A stretch of DNA of 64,000 nt from an uncultured Puniceicoccaceae bacterium. Its GTDB lineage: Bacteria > Verrucomicrobiota > Verrucomicrobiia > Opitutales > Oceanipulchritudinaceae. The stretch covers positions 32,001 to 96,000 of the forward strand of contig CAWVVV010000004.1 in assembly GCA_963933835.1 (NCBI GenBank), in the 5' to 3' direction. Positions 28,592-38,649 of the stretch are shown here, one piece after another. Every line of letters starts with the position of its first letter. Position 1 is the first letter of the stretch. Position numbers and translations under genes: made by a program. Under the pieces are notes generated by a model. The model saw only the letters and a list, made by a program, of their open reading frames with translations, did no database searches and was not told the DNA's origin.

Positions 28592-29464
28592 GTGGATAAC
28601 ACTTTCAAGTCGTCGCTCGAAAATCGCCTAAACTCATTGGAATTACTGATCGACGATCAGTCTCCCCGGGTGAGGGACTCGGTCATCGAAGAGATTAATC
28701 GCTTGGGCGAACCGGCGCATGCATAGCTTGAAAATCTAGCGCTTAGAGGTGATTCTGCGGTCGCAGATATTGCCGAAGAGATTCTGCGGGAAACCGCGGC
28801 TCCAGATGCCGAGGCAGCCTTTCGTCGTTATATCCGTGCGGGCAAATTTGACCTCGAGCAGGGGGCGATTCTGCTGCAGCGCTCCGTCCATCCGCGCCTT
28901 GACCCATCGAAGGTCTCGTCAGCGATCGATGCGATTGCTCTGCGGGTTCAGGATTTGATCGCGACCCCGACAACGCCTTCATTAATTATTCGGGCTCTAA
29001 ATCGAGTATTTTTTCACGAATTAGGGTATCGCAGTGAGCCTGATAACGAGCCTGATCCAGGCGCTGTATTATTAGGAGATGTGCTCGCCTTGCGTCGAGG
29101 AACCAACGTCTCGCTAACACTTATCTACATGCTGGTCGCGCGTAGGCTAGGAATGAAGCTCCAGCCAATCGTTTTGCCGAACTATATTTTCTTGGCTTAT
29201 CTAAGGGATAGAGAGCCTTTTCTCGTCGATCCATTTTCTAGGGGGCGCTTTTTCTCGTGGGAAGAAGCGCAGGCGATTTTGCCTATCGGCGTAATGGCTG
29301 AAACCCAACAGACATCAGAGAAGGCAACCAAACTGATCCTTCAAATGAGCTGCGAGAGTCTCGTCAGTATCTATAGCTCTAGGGGTGATCGCGATCGGTC
29401 GGACACTTTCGCGGGCTTTTGCGAAGAATTTAGCGAGACATCGCAGCAAAGTCGGGCATCCTAA
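28592..29464 (+). pseudogene. Transglutaminase-like/SirB1-family gene with an internal amber stop
   Basis: One continuous frame from GTG 28592 (LLIDDQSPRVRDSV...AHA*LENL...DLEQGAILL...LNRVFFHELGYR...RRGTNVSLTLIYMLVARRLG...VDPF) is broken by TAG at 28724-28726. Confidence 0.8.
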
Positions 29465-29470
29465 GAGGAT

Positions 29471-30397
29471 ATGGATTTCACATCGGGCGTTTTGCGCCTC
29501 GAAGACCTCGAAACAGTTCCCCTCCCAAAGGTGCCTTTGGCCGTGCTCGGCATGCCTGTGGCCCATTCGCTCAGCCCGGCAATTCATAATCCAGCTCTCG
29601 CCGCGCTTGCTCGTAGTGAACCGGAGTTTGCTGACTGGGGATATGTTCGCGTGGAAGTGCCGATTGATTTGCTTGAGGCAGCCATCCCAAAGCTTTTTGC
29701 ACGTGGTTTTCGGGGTTTGAATCTCACTTTGCCGCACAAGGTGCGTGCGCTTGAGCTTGTCCAAGACGTTGATCCATCCGTCGTGGCGATGGGTGCAGTG
29801 AATACTCTAGTGGCAACAGCTGATGGCTATAGCGCAACAAATACAGATGGTTTTGGAATCGCCCGCGCAGTCGAGACACAGCTCAAACGGCGGCTTTCTG
29901 ATACCGATGTGGTTCTCCTTGGAGCAGGTGGAGCGGCGCGTGCGATTACGGTTCAAGCGCTCGCGGACGGGGTGCCAAAACTCTGGATTGGAAACCGGAG
30001 CGAAACAAATCTCACTACACTGCTTCTCGAACTCAAAGAGGCGGATGTCGACCTCAGTAGGGTAGAGCCTTTTCTCTTTTCTCACGCTCCGAGTGATTTG
30101 CCGAGTGATGCTCTTTTAATAAACGCGACGCCCGCGGGGCTCAAGACGGATGATCTTCTTCCAATCGATCTTAGCTTCCTCGGTAATGACGGTGCGATCT
30201 ATGACACAACCTACGGAACACGCAACGGATGGGCGCGCTGGGCCGAAGAGCATGGACGGAGTTATGCTGATGGCTTGGGTATGTTGATCTACCAAGGGCA
30301 AAGAAGTCTTGAGATTTGGACAGGTCGAGAGGTTTCGGCAGAAGTAATGATGGCGTCCGGAAAGGCCGCTTTAGCAGAAAGGATTGGTGCAGCATGA
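29471..30397 (+). CDS. aroE: Shikimate dehydrogenase
   Basis: HSLSPAIHN, NLTLPHK, AVNT, NTDG, GAGGAARA, GLGMLIYQG. Confidence 0.95.
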   Translation: MDFTSGVLRLEDLETVPLPKVPLAVLGMPVAHSLSPAIHNPALAALARSEPEFADWGYVRVEVPIDLLEAAIPKLFARGFRGLNLTLPHKVRALELVQDVDPSVVAMGAVNTLVATADGYSATNTDGFGIARAVETQLKRRLSDTDVVLLGAGGAARAITVQALADGVPKLWIGNRSETNLTTLLLELKEADVDLSRVEPFLFSHAPSDLPSDALLINATPAGLKTDDLLPIDLSFLGNDGAIYDTTYGTRNGWARWAEEHGRSYADGLGMLIYQGQRSLEIWTGREVSAEVMMASGKAALAERIGAA

Positions 30398-31284
30398 TCG
30401 AAGCATTCGTTGAAGTAAATACAGCTTTCCCGTGGTTCTTTGCCCTCGTTGCTGGCTCGTTTGGGGCCTGCGTCGGCAGTTTTCTGAATGTAGTGATTTA
30501 TCGACTACCGGCTGGGCGAAGTGTCGTTCATCCGGGTTCTGCCTGTGGATGTGGAACTGCGATCGCATGGTACGACAATATCCCCGTGCTTAGTTGGTGT
30601 TTGTTGGGTGGCCGAGCACGGTGTTGCAAGGCACGCTTCAGTGTCCGCTATCCTCTTGTCGAGGCGATGAACTCCTTTCTCTTTGTGGTGGCGTGGATGA
30701 GCTATCCTCCTCTCGTAGCGATTGTTATCTGCGTCTTCATTGGGCTCTTAGTTCCCGCTGCGATGATTGATCTGGATACGATGGAGATTCCTGATGTGTT
30801 TTCGATCGGCACCTTCGTTGTTGGCGTCATTTTGTCGATTGCAGTTCCAGCGCTCCATATCGCACCCGTCGGCCTCTTCGCGGTTGATTCGATGAATTCA
30901 TTTATCCAATGCCTCCTCGGGGCGTTTGTTGGATCTGGTCTCATTCTGTGGCTGGCTTTGCTCTCAGAGGTGGTGTTGCGCAAGGAGACAATGGGCTTTG
31001 GTGATGTGAAGCTGCTGGGTGCGATCGGGGCCTTTCTCGGTTGGCAAGGAGCGGTCTTCTCGCTCTTTGGCGGAGCGGTTTTTGGCACGCTTTTGATCAT
31101 CCCGATGCTCATCTTTCGGAAGAAGAAACAAGTGGTTCCAATCGATGATGCTGAAGAAGAAGGAGAGGGGCTTCGGATTCCTTTCGGTCCGGCTCTGGTG
31201 ATTGGTGCTCTCGTTTATGCCCTTTTGCTGCATGATTTTGTCGATAACTACTTTTTGCAGTTTTCTGAAGTTTTGAGCCTCTGA
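30394..31284 (+). CDS. pilD: Prepilin peptidase/N-methyltransferase
   Basis: GSFLNVVIYRLP, WYDNIP, YPLVE, MGFGDVKL, IPFGP. ATGA overlap with aroE. Confidence 0.93.
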   Translation: MIEAFVEVNTAFPWFFALVAGSFGACVGSFLNVVIYRLPAGRSVVHPGSACGCGTAIAWYDNIPVLSWCLLGGRARCCKARFSVRYPLVEAMNSFLFVVAWMSYPPLVAIVICVFIGLLVPAAMIDLDTMEIPDVFSIGTFVVGVILSIAVPALHIAPVGLFAVDSMNSFIQCLLGAFVGSGLILWLALLSEVVLRKETMGFGDVKLLGAIGAFLGWQGAVFSLFGGAVFGTLLIIPMLIFRKKKQVVPIDDAEEEGEGLRIPFGPALVIGALVYALLLHDFVDNYFLQFSEVLSL

Positions 31285-31285
31285 A

Positions 31286-32302
31286 ATGTTTCTCACGATT
31301 TCTCGACTTTCTTTGGTCTTCCTCTCGATCACGGTTGCGCATCTCGGTGCTGAGCCGATGCAGTGGCCAACGCCTTATCCAAGTGATGCGCTAGCCGTCG
31401 GGGATCTAGACTGGGGGCAGCCCACGATCAGTGGGCGGCAAATTTCTGCGACCTTTGGCTGTGTTCGGAATGAGGGGGCGAAGTTTCATGAAGGACTCGA
31501 TATTCGGCCCTATTTGAGTCGCCGAAATGGAGAGGCGACGGATGCGGTGAGCGCTGCGTGGGCGGGTGAAGTTGTCTACATCAACAGGCGTTCCGCGACG
31601 AGTTCCTACGGACACTATGTCGTCGTCGAGCACGACCAATTTTCTCCAGCAGTGGTTACGCTCTATGCGCATTTGGCTACAATTGATTCTAAGCTTAAGA
31701 TTGGGAGTCAATTGCGTGCAGGAAGCCGAATAGGAAAAATGGGGCGTAGTGCTGGTGGATACACGATCCCAAAGCAAAGAGCGCATTTACATTTTGAAAT
31801 CGCTTTGCGCCTTAGCGATGGCTTTCAGGCATGGTATGATGTGAGGAAGTTTGGTAACGAGAACGATCACAGTATCTGGAATGGGATGAATCTTGTCGGG
31901 CTTGATCCTTGGGCGGCATGGCACTGGTTGAAAGAGAATCCAACCCGCGACATTGGGGACTATACACGCACGCTTATGCCCGGCTTTATCATGGAGATCG
32001 TCACCTCAGATACACCCGATATTGTGGAGCGCTACCCATCACTTTTGACGAAGCCCGTTCCTGCAGGTGGTCTCAAAGGCTGGCGCATCATTTTCACGGG
32101 GTGGGGCTTCCCGCTTTCCTTTTCGCCGCTGGCGGAAGCCGGTGCAAAGCAAGCAGGGACGGCAACTATTCTCGCAATCAACTCAAGCGAATTAGAGCGC
32201 TGGGCATGTCGTGACCTTTTGGATAAAAAAGGTGGTTTCACAAGTTTGAGTGAACGAGGAGCGAGCATAATTGAGCTGATCTTTGTTGGCGATATTCGTT
32301 AG
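31286..32302 (+). CDS. M23 family metallopeptidase
   Basis: HEGLD, YAHL, HLHFE; signal peptide. Confidence 0.9.
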   Translation: MFLTISRLSLVFLSITVAHLGAEPMQWPTPYPSDALAVGDLDWGQPTISGRQISATFGCVRNEGAKFHEGLDIRPYLSRRNGEATDAVSAAWAGEVVYINRRSATSSYGHYVVVEHDQFSPAVVTLYAHLATIDSKLKIGSQLRAGSRIGKMGRSAGGYTIPKQRAHLHFEIALRLSDGFQAWYDVRKFGNENDHSIWNGMNLVGLDPWAAWHWLKENPTRDIGDYTRTLMPGFIMEIVTSDTPDIVERYPSLLTKPVPAGGLKGWRIIFTGWGFPLSFSPLAEAGAKQAGTATILAINSSELERWACRDLLDKKGGFTSLSERGASIIELIFVGDIR

Positions 32303-32407
32303 CAGGCAGTTTTTATGGTTATCCGGTTGGACTCCGTGCCGATCGCAGATCGAATAGGCTTGCGCCCTTAGATGCTACAGAGGGCAATGCAGCTTCTTTC
32401 GACGACC

Positions 32408-33562
32408 ATGAACAAGGACTTTATCAATCCACCGGATCGCACGGGCACAGGTAGCCTGAAGTGGGAAAAATATGCTGGGCGCGACATCTTGCCGATGTGG
32501 GTGGCGGACATGGATCTGCCCTCGCCGCCGGCGGTGATGGAGGCGTTGCGAGCACGCGTAGATCACGGTGTTTTTGGATACACTTTACAGCACGAAGGTG
32601 TGGTCACCGCGGTGCAGGATTATCTCAAAAGCACCCACAAGATTGAAGTCGAAAGTGCCGCCTTGCTTTGGTTCCCGGGTCTCGTCCCCGCCCTGAACAC
32701 CGCTGCGCGCGCTTTTGCAGAGCCCGGTGAGGCTATCATTACGCTGACGCCAGTCTATCCGCCTTTTTTATCTGCGCCGGGGAACCAATCGCGCGCGATC
32801 CAAGCGGTGCCTTTGGCTGAAAGTGATGAGGGCTACACGATCGACTTCGATGCACTGGAGTCGGCGGTCACCCCGAAGACGAAGGTTTTCTACCTCTGTA
32901 ATCCGCACAATCCCGTCGGGCGTGTCTACCGTCGCGACGAACTCGAAGCGGTTCTTCGCTTCTGCGAGAAGTTTGATCTCATCATTGTCGCAGATGAAAT
33001 CCACAGTGACCTCATCCTCGATGAGGGGCTTGAGCATATCTCAATGCTTTCGCTCCCTGGGGCAGTAGAGCGGACAGTTGGGCTCTATGCGCCGAGTAAA
33101 ACCTATAATCTCCCCGGTCTTGCTTGTAGCTACATCGTGGCACCGGACCGTACCCTGCGCCGTCGTTTTCAGAGAGCAGCGCAGGGCATGATCACAGAGG
33201 TAAACTGCATGGGCTATATCGGTTGCGAAGCCGCTTATCGACATGGTCAAGACTGGCTGGATGATCTGATTGAGCTTCTGAGGGCAAACCGCGATAGTCT
33301 CTACGCTTTTGTTCGAGAAAATTGTCCCAAAATTCAATTACGCCCGATGCAATCAACTTATCTGGCTTGGCTCGATGTTCGTCAGCTTGGCTTGAAAGAT
33401 CCAGTCGCACACTTCGAGGAGCATGGATTGGGCTTAAGTGATGGACGCTTTTTCGGTCATGAGGGCTACATTAGAATCAATCTTGGATGCCCGGAAATAA
33501 CGATGAGCGAAGGCTTGAAGCGCTTGAGGCGGGGCTATGATGCCGCAGTCGCTAGTGCTTAA
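32408..33562 (+). CDS. PatB/MalY-family C-S lyase (PLP)
   Basis: PMWVADMD, HGVFGY, CNPHNPVG, DEIHSD, SKTYN. Confidence 0.92.
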   Translation: MNKDFINPPDRTGTGSLKWEKYAGRDILPMWVADMDLPSPPAVMEALRARVDHGVFGYTLQHEGVVTAVQDYLKSTHKIEVESAALLWFPGLVPALNTAARAFAEPGEAIITLTPVYPPFLSAPGNQSRAIQAVPLAESDEGYTIDFDALESAVTPKTKVFYLCNPHNPVGRVYRRDELEAVLRFCEKFDLIIVADEIHSDLILDEGLEHISMLSLPGAVERTVGLYAPSKTYNLPGLACSYIVAPDRTLRRRFQRAAQGMITEVNCMGYIGCEAAYRHGQDWLDDLIELLRANRDSLYAFVRENCPKIQLRPMQSTYLAWLDVRQLGLKDPVAHFEEHGLGLSDGRFFGHEGYIRINLGCPEITMSEGLKRLRRGYDAAVASA

Positions 33563-33686
33563 GATTTTGCTTTCGACTCTTCCGCTTGCTTCAGGAGCTA
33601 AAATGCAAAGGCTCTGAGTCTGAAAAGCATCAGGAAGCGACTCGACCCAGCAAAGTTTAGCCGCGAGTCTTTTCTCCACTGCGAAT

Positions 33687-34835
33687 ATGTGGCGCCTTCA
33701 CCGATACCTCTTTTTCTCTACCGCGACAGTTGCACTGCTGAGTGTGGCTGTAATCGCCATCCTGATGGTGGCTGGAAATGCGGTGATGGATCTCTTCGAT
33801 CTCATCGATGAGGGGAAGATCACTTCGGATGCTCTTTGGAAGCTCCTGCAGTTACTCATCCCATATACCATTTCTTTTGCGATGCCGGCTGGCACGGTCG
33901 TAGGCGTGCTCGTTCTTATGGGGCGGCTCTCGGCGACTTCGGAGCTGACTGCAATGAAGGCGTCCGGCATCTCGCTTTGGCGGGTATCAGTACCCGTTCT
34001 CCTGTTTTGCCTCCTCGCTTCAGGGATGACGGCATGGATCAATGCCTATGCAGCGCCCGCGGCCAGAGCTTCCTATAAGGACCTGATCCCTAATGCCATT
34101 CGCGCGGAGCCCCTCCGATTGATCGTGGCAAAGCAGTTTGTGCACGATTTCCCCGGCTATGTCGTCTACGTGGGCGATAAAACAGAGGAAATCATTCGCG
34201 ACATTTGGATCTGGGAGCTTGATGATGAGAAGCGTGCGGTTTGTCTGCTACGTGCGGATACGGGCGACTTGCGCTACGATGCCGACACCGATGCCCTCAT
34301 CCTGAAACTTGAAAGGGGCCTCGTGGAGCTTCGCGACGAGTCGGATCCGAATGACCTAGGTGCGGTTCAGCCGAATTTGTTTTTCGAACACCTTCAGATC
34401 CAGCTCTCCCTTGCCGAGGTCTTCGGTCGAACCCAGTCGAACCATAAGGTGGGTTATTTACCGCTTCCGCAAAAGATCGAGCGTCTTAAGCAGCTCTCCC
34501 GTCGCGCCGAACGAGCAACGCCAGAGGAGCAACGCGAACTGCGCGACGAGGCGATCCGAGTGCAGTTTCGTATTCAAGAAGGTTTCGCCAGCGCGCTGAG
34601 TGCGTTCTCCCTCGGGCTTCTTGCCATTCCTCTGGGTCTGAAGGCGAGTCGTAAGGAAACGTCCTTGAATGTCGCCATCGCAGCAGGCCTGACGATTTCC
34701 TATTATATTCTGACTGAAGTTGTGGGATGGCTTGATGGCACTCCTCATCTTCGACCCGATCTCTTTATCTGGTTGCCCAACGTAGGTCTGCAGGTGTTGG
34801 CGCTCTATCTTCTCTTCAAAGCGAACAAGCACTGA
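33687..34835 (+). CDS. LptF/LptG family LPS export permease
   Basis: GRLSATSELTAMKASGIS, LLAIPLG, WLPN. Confidence 0.9.
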   Translation: MWRLHRYLFFSTATVALLSVAVIAILMVAGNAVMDLFDLIDEGKITSDALWKLLQLLIPYTISFAMPAGTVVGVLVLMGRLSATSELTAMKASGISLWRVSVPVLLFCLLASGMTAWINAYAAPAARASYKDLIPNAIRAEPLRLIVAKQFVHDFPGYVVYVGDKTEEIIRDIWIWELDDEKRAVCLLRADTGDLRYDADTDALILKLERGLVELRDESDPNDLGAVQPNLFFEHLQIQLSLAEVFGRTQSNHKVGYLPLPQKIERLKQLSRRAERATPEEQRELRDEAIRVQFRIQEGFASALSAFSLGLLAIPLGLKASRKETSLNVAIAAGLTISYYILTEVVGWLDGTPHLRPDLFIWLPNVGLQVLALYLLFKANKH

Positions 34836-34927
34836 CCCCATTTGTTCGAGTGTTCACACGAACTTAGTTCTCCTCAAAATGCTCAGCAATTCAAATTGCA
34901 CACATCCTTGGCCACAGGCCGGTTTCG

Positions 34928-36508
34928 ATGAGTGACCTACTAGAGAATCATCCCGACGTAAATAAGTCGCTTGCTGAGCTTGGTGTTCGCGGACTGAAAC
35001 GGAACTTCTTTGGCCGGCAGTTTGTCGACCTTTCAACCGGGCGACGTGAACTGCGGGCGGGGATGGTGCTGGCCTTGTCTCTGACCTTCTCTGATCTCTG
35101 GCGCGAGCGTTTGAAAAACGAAAGCCGGGTCGGCGTTGTTCTTCCTAGTGGACTGGGTAGCCTCCTCGTAAATCTAACCCTCCAGATCCTCGGCAAGACA
35201 CCGGTGAACCTGAACTTCACTGCCGGGCGAGCTGTGAATGAAAAGTGCCTCGCGAAAGCAGACATTGAGACGGTTATTTCGGCCGCACCAGTGATCGAGA
35301 AACTGCCGGACTTTCCATGGCCGGAGCAAATGATCGACTTGGTCCAAGAACGCGATCGAGTGGGGAAGTTTGCTGTCATCAAGAATCTACTACGTGGATG
35401 GGCACTCCCCGTTGCACGCCTCGTTGATTGCGGTAGAAGTGAAGAAGAAGCCACGATTTTATTCAGCTCTGGAACAACGGGAGATCCTAAAGGCGTCGTT
35501 CTTACCCAGCGTAATGTCGTGGCAAACCTCCTGCAAATCGAGGCGGTCGGCCTGCTCGACAGTAAGGAAGTCTTGCTCGCTTCGTTGCCGACCTTTCATA
35601 GCTTTGGATTTACCGTCACTCAGTGGTATCCGCTGATTTCTGGAATGAAAGTGGTCAGCCTTCCGTCGCCGCTCGAGACCAAGCGCCTTGGTAAAGCGAT
35701 TCGCGATGAGAAAGTGACCGTGATGATGAGCACGCCGACGTTTTTGAAGCCTTTCCTGAAGCGCGTTCCACCGGAGTGGATAGAGAGTCTGAAGTTCGTT
35801 GTCGTGGGAGCGGAGAAGTCGCCTGAAGGTCTGCCTGAAAAGTGGGAAGAAACCTTTGGGAGCACGTATCTTGAGGGCTATGGACTCACCGAAGCCTCCC
35901 CCGTTGTCTCCTGCAATTTACTGGGAAAAAGCGAACAAGAAACAACGCGGCGTCATGGGACAGTGGGGCGCCTATTCATCGGTATTGAGGCTCGTATCGT
36001 TGACCCGGAAGAAGGACGTCCGCTTGCAAAGAGTGAGATAGGTATGCTCGAGCTCCGGGGCCCTAATTTCTTTGATGGTTATCTGAATGATGCGGGGAAA
36101 ACGAATGAAGTCTTTCGCGACGGTTGGTATGTCACGGGTGATCTTGCGCGGTTCGATCCTGACGGTTTTCTGATCATCGAGGGTCGTCTATCACGCTTTT
36201 CGAAAATGGGTGGCGAGATGGTTCCGCACGGAGCGGTGGAGGAGGCTATTATTCAGGCCTTCGATCTCGAAGACGCCGAGCTTCCCCAAATCGCTGTCGC
36301 AGGTGTGCAAGATCCAGCAAAAGGCGAAGCGCTCGTTCTGCTCGCGGTTCCAGATATCGAACCCGCCGAACTCCGAGAACAATTGTCAGCGAAAGGCCTG
36401 CCAAACTTATGGGTTCCGAAGCGTATCGTAAAAGTGGATACGATCCCAACCCTTGGGACAGGCAAGCTAGATCTCAAGGGGGTCACTCAGGTAGCTGAGA
36501 ACGGCTAA
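34928..36508 (+). CDS. AMP-binding enzyme, Aas acyl-ACP synthetase-like domain
   Basis: PVNLNFT, FSSGTTGDPKG, FHSFG, EGYGLTE, GRLSRFSKMGGEMV, LGTGKLD. Confidence 0.88.
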   Translation: MSDLLENHPDVNKSLAELGVRGLKRNFFGRQFVDLSTGRRELRAGMVLALSLTFSDLWRERLKNESRVGVVLPSGLGSLLVNLTLQILGKTPVNLNFTAGRAVNEKCLAKADIETVISAAPVIEKLPDFPWPEQMIDLVQERDRVGKFAVIKNLLRGWALPVARLVDCGRSEEEATILFSSGTTGDPKGVVLTQRNVVANLLQIEAVGLLDSKEVLLASLPTFHSFGFTVTQWYPLISGMKVVSLPSPLETKRLGKAIRDEKVTVMMSTPTFLKPFLKRVPPEWIESLKFVVVGAEKSPEGLPEKWEETFGSTYLEGYGLTEASPVVSCNLLGKSEQETTRRHGTVGRLFIGIEARIVDPEEGRPLAKSEIGMLELRGPNFFDGYLNDAGKTNEVFRDGWYVTGDLARFDPDGFLIIEGRLSRFSKMGGEMVPHGAVEEAIIQAFDLEDAELPQIAVAGVQDPAKGEALVLLAVPDIEPAELREQLSAKGLPNLWVPKRIVKVDTIPTLGTGKLDLKGVTQVAENG

Positions 36509-36517
36509 AGGAGTCGT

Positions 36518-38164
36518 TTACTCGGTGTCATTTGACTCCGTCTCTGGCTCTTCCTTTAGCGCCGCTTTTTCAGCGGCTTGTTGGGCTTCGCGCTTTTTGA
36601 AGCTTTCGACGACGAGGGCGGAGAGCACTTTGTCTGGGTCTTCTGCCATCGCTGCATGGACGGTGAAGCGGACTTCGCCCGTGTTGCGGGAGATGATCTT
36701 GAGACCGTGTTCGAAGTCTTTGAAACGTTCCTCGCAGATCGTGCGGACAGTTTTGTCAGTATCCACGGCGACATCGAGGATCACATCAAGTGCCTCGTCG
36801 GCGAAGTCTAGGCCGAGCTCGTGCTTACTTTCAAAGCGCTTTGCGAAGTCGATGATTTCGACGCGCAGGCTGTTGCGCTGCAGGTGCGAGTTCTCTTTCA
36901 GTAATGCCTTGAGCGCTTGCTGCGGTTCTTTGATCGTCTCGGCTTTGACCTCGAAGGATTCGATCCCGGTCGAGGGGAGCTCAAATTTAAAGTAGCGGAA
37001 GACCTGCTCGAAGATCGTCATGAGTCCACGGGCACCGGTCTTCTCAGCATGGGCGCGGGTCGCGATTTCCGTGATGGCCTCTTTCGTGATTTTGAAATCG
37101 ATCCCGTAGCCCTTGAAATTGTGGCGATACTGCTCGAGAAGATTGCCTTCTGAACTTGTGAGGATTTGGGCGAGATCCTCGGTTTCGAGTTGCTCACAGG
37201 CAACACGGACGGGAAGGCGACCAACGAACTCAGGCTCGAAGCCGTATTTGATGAAATCGGTCGTCGCAGCCTCACGCAGGTAGTCGGAATCTTCGCGTTC
37301 ACCGGCGGCGTTGCCACCGAAGCCGACCGTGGTCGCATCGACACGCTTCTTAATCGACTCAGAAAGCCTGCCAAAGGCGCCGCTGACGATAAAGAGGATG
37401 TGACGGGTGTTGATTGCACGCGGACGCTTCTTGCCGCCTCTCTGCGCTTCCATCATCGCCTGCATTTGCCCCATCATGTCGCTCGGGGAGGAGAGGTTGA
37501 CGTCGGCATCCTCCATCAGCTTGAGCAGATTGATTTGCACCCCGCGTCCGGAGACATCTTTGCCGCCGCTGTCACCGGCTGAAGCGATCTTGTCGATCTC
37601 GTCGATGTAGATGATGCCGTATTGAGCGAGGTCGGCGTTGTTGCCGGAAATTTTGAAGAGGTCGCGCACGAGGTCTTCGACATCATAGCCAACATAGCCG
37701 GTCTCAGAAAACTTCGTCGCGTCCGCTTTGACAAAGGGAACTCCAATCAGCTTTGCGATTGTGCGCATGAGGTAGGTCTTGCCCACACCTGTAGGCCCGA
37801 GGAGGAGAATATTCTGTTTGTGGTAGTCTCGCTCGAGCAGGCTAGGGTTTTCGAGACACTGCCGCACGTGGTTGTAGTGGTCACAAATAGCGACGGAGAG
37901 GACCTTCTTTGCTTCCTGCTGCTTGACGACATAGCGATCAAGATAATCCCGCATGTCGCGTGGTTTGAGGGAGAAGTTCTCAATCTTAGTGATGACCTCG
38001 TCGTCGCTCGGTGGCTCTTCGATCGTCTCCTGGGGTTCTTCTAAGTCCCGCATTGGCGGAGTCATGCCCATCGGACCGGCAAACTGAATATTGCCCGAGC
38101 GGATGGCATCTTGAATTTTGTCCTGAAGGTCTTCAAAAGGGTTTTTTGGTTCGTCGTCTTTCAT
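36518..38164 (-). CDS. ClpX-like AAA+ ATPase without a zinc finger and with a C-terminal extension
   Basis: GPTGVGKT, DATKFSETGYVG, IDEIDKI, DVSGRGVQ, VGF loop, PEFVGRLP, TGARGL. Confidence 0.88.
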   Translation of the reverse strand: MKDDEPKNPFEDLQDKIQDAIRSGNIQFAGPMGMTPPMRDLEEPQETIEEPPSDDEVITKIENFSLKPRDMRDYLDRYVVKQQEAKKVLSVAICDHYNHVRQCLENPSLLERDYHKQNILLLGPTGVGKTYLMRTIAKLIGVPFVKADATKFSETGYVGYDVEDLVRDLFKISGNNADLAQYGIIYIDEIDKIASAGDSGGKDVSGRGVQINLLKLMEDADVNLSSPSDMMGQMQAMMEAQRGGKKRPRAINTRHILFIVSGAFGRLSESIKKRVDATTVGFGGNAAGEREDSDYLREAATTDFIKYGFEPEFVGRLPVRVACEQLETEDLAQILTSSEGNLLEQYRHNFKGYGIDFKITKEAITEIATRAHAEKTGARGLMTIFEQVFRYFKFELPSTGIESFEVKAETIKEPQQALKALLKENSHLQRNSLRVEIIDFAKRFESKHELGLDFADEALDVILDVAVDTDKTVRTICEERFKDFEHGLKIISRNTGEVRFTVHAAMAEDPDKVLSALVVESFKKREAQQAAEKAALKEEPETESNDTE

Positions 38165-38256
38165 TTAATAGAAGTTTTTGCGGAATTCTTGACAGTTTTC
38201 CAAGTGACAGATAGCAAACTACTTAATCATTAAAAACTTCTATCTGTTCTATCGCT

Positions 38257-38574
38257 ATGGCCAGTAATTTAACCAAACGTGACATCGTCTTGAGCATTTA
38301 TGACAAGACCGGATTCCCCCAAAAGGAGGTCCGTGAGGTTGTACAGCAGACTCTCGACACGATCGCTGACGCTTTGGCTCGTGGGCGCAATGTTGAATTG
38401 AGAAACTTCGGCGTCTTTGAACTGCAGGTTCGTAAGTCCCGCATCGGGCGGAATCCGAACAAGCCAGAGACCGATGTCATCATCCCAACGCGCGCTGTGA
38501 TTAAGTTCAAAGCAGGGAAAGAGCTGAGAGCTGAGCTGAAGGACATGGATTTGGATCGATTGAAGTCTGACTAG
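38257..38574 (+). CDS. HU/IHF family DNA-binding protein
   Basis: VELRNFGVF, RIGRNP, FKAGKEL. Confidence 0.95.
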   Translation: MASNLTKRDIVLSIYDKTGFPQKEVREVVQQTLDTIADALARGRNVELRNFGVFELQVRKSRIGRNPNKPETDVIIPTRAVIKFKAGKELRAELKDMDLDRLKSD

Positions 38575-38649
38575 TTGTCGGATCGGTTGATTTGTTTTCG
38601 GGATTCTGAGCGCTTGCCATGAACTGTAGGTTTGTCGAAGGCTTAGGTG

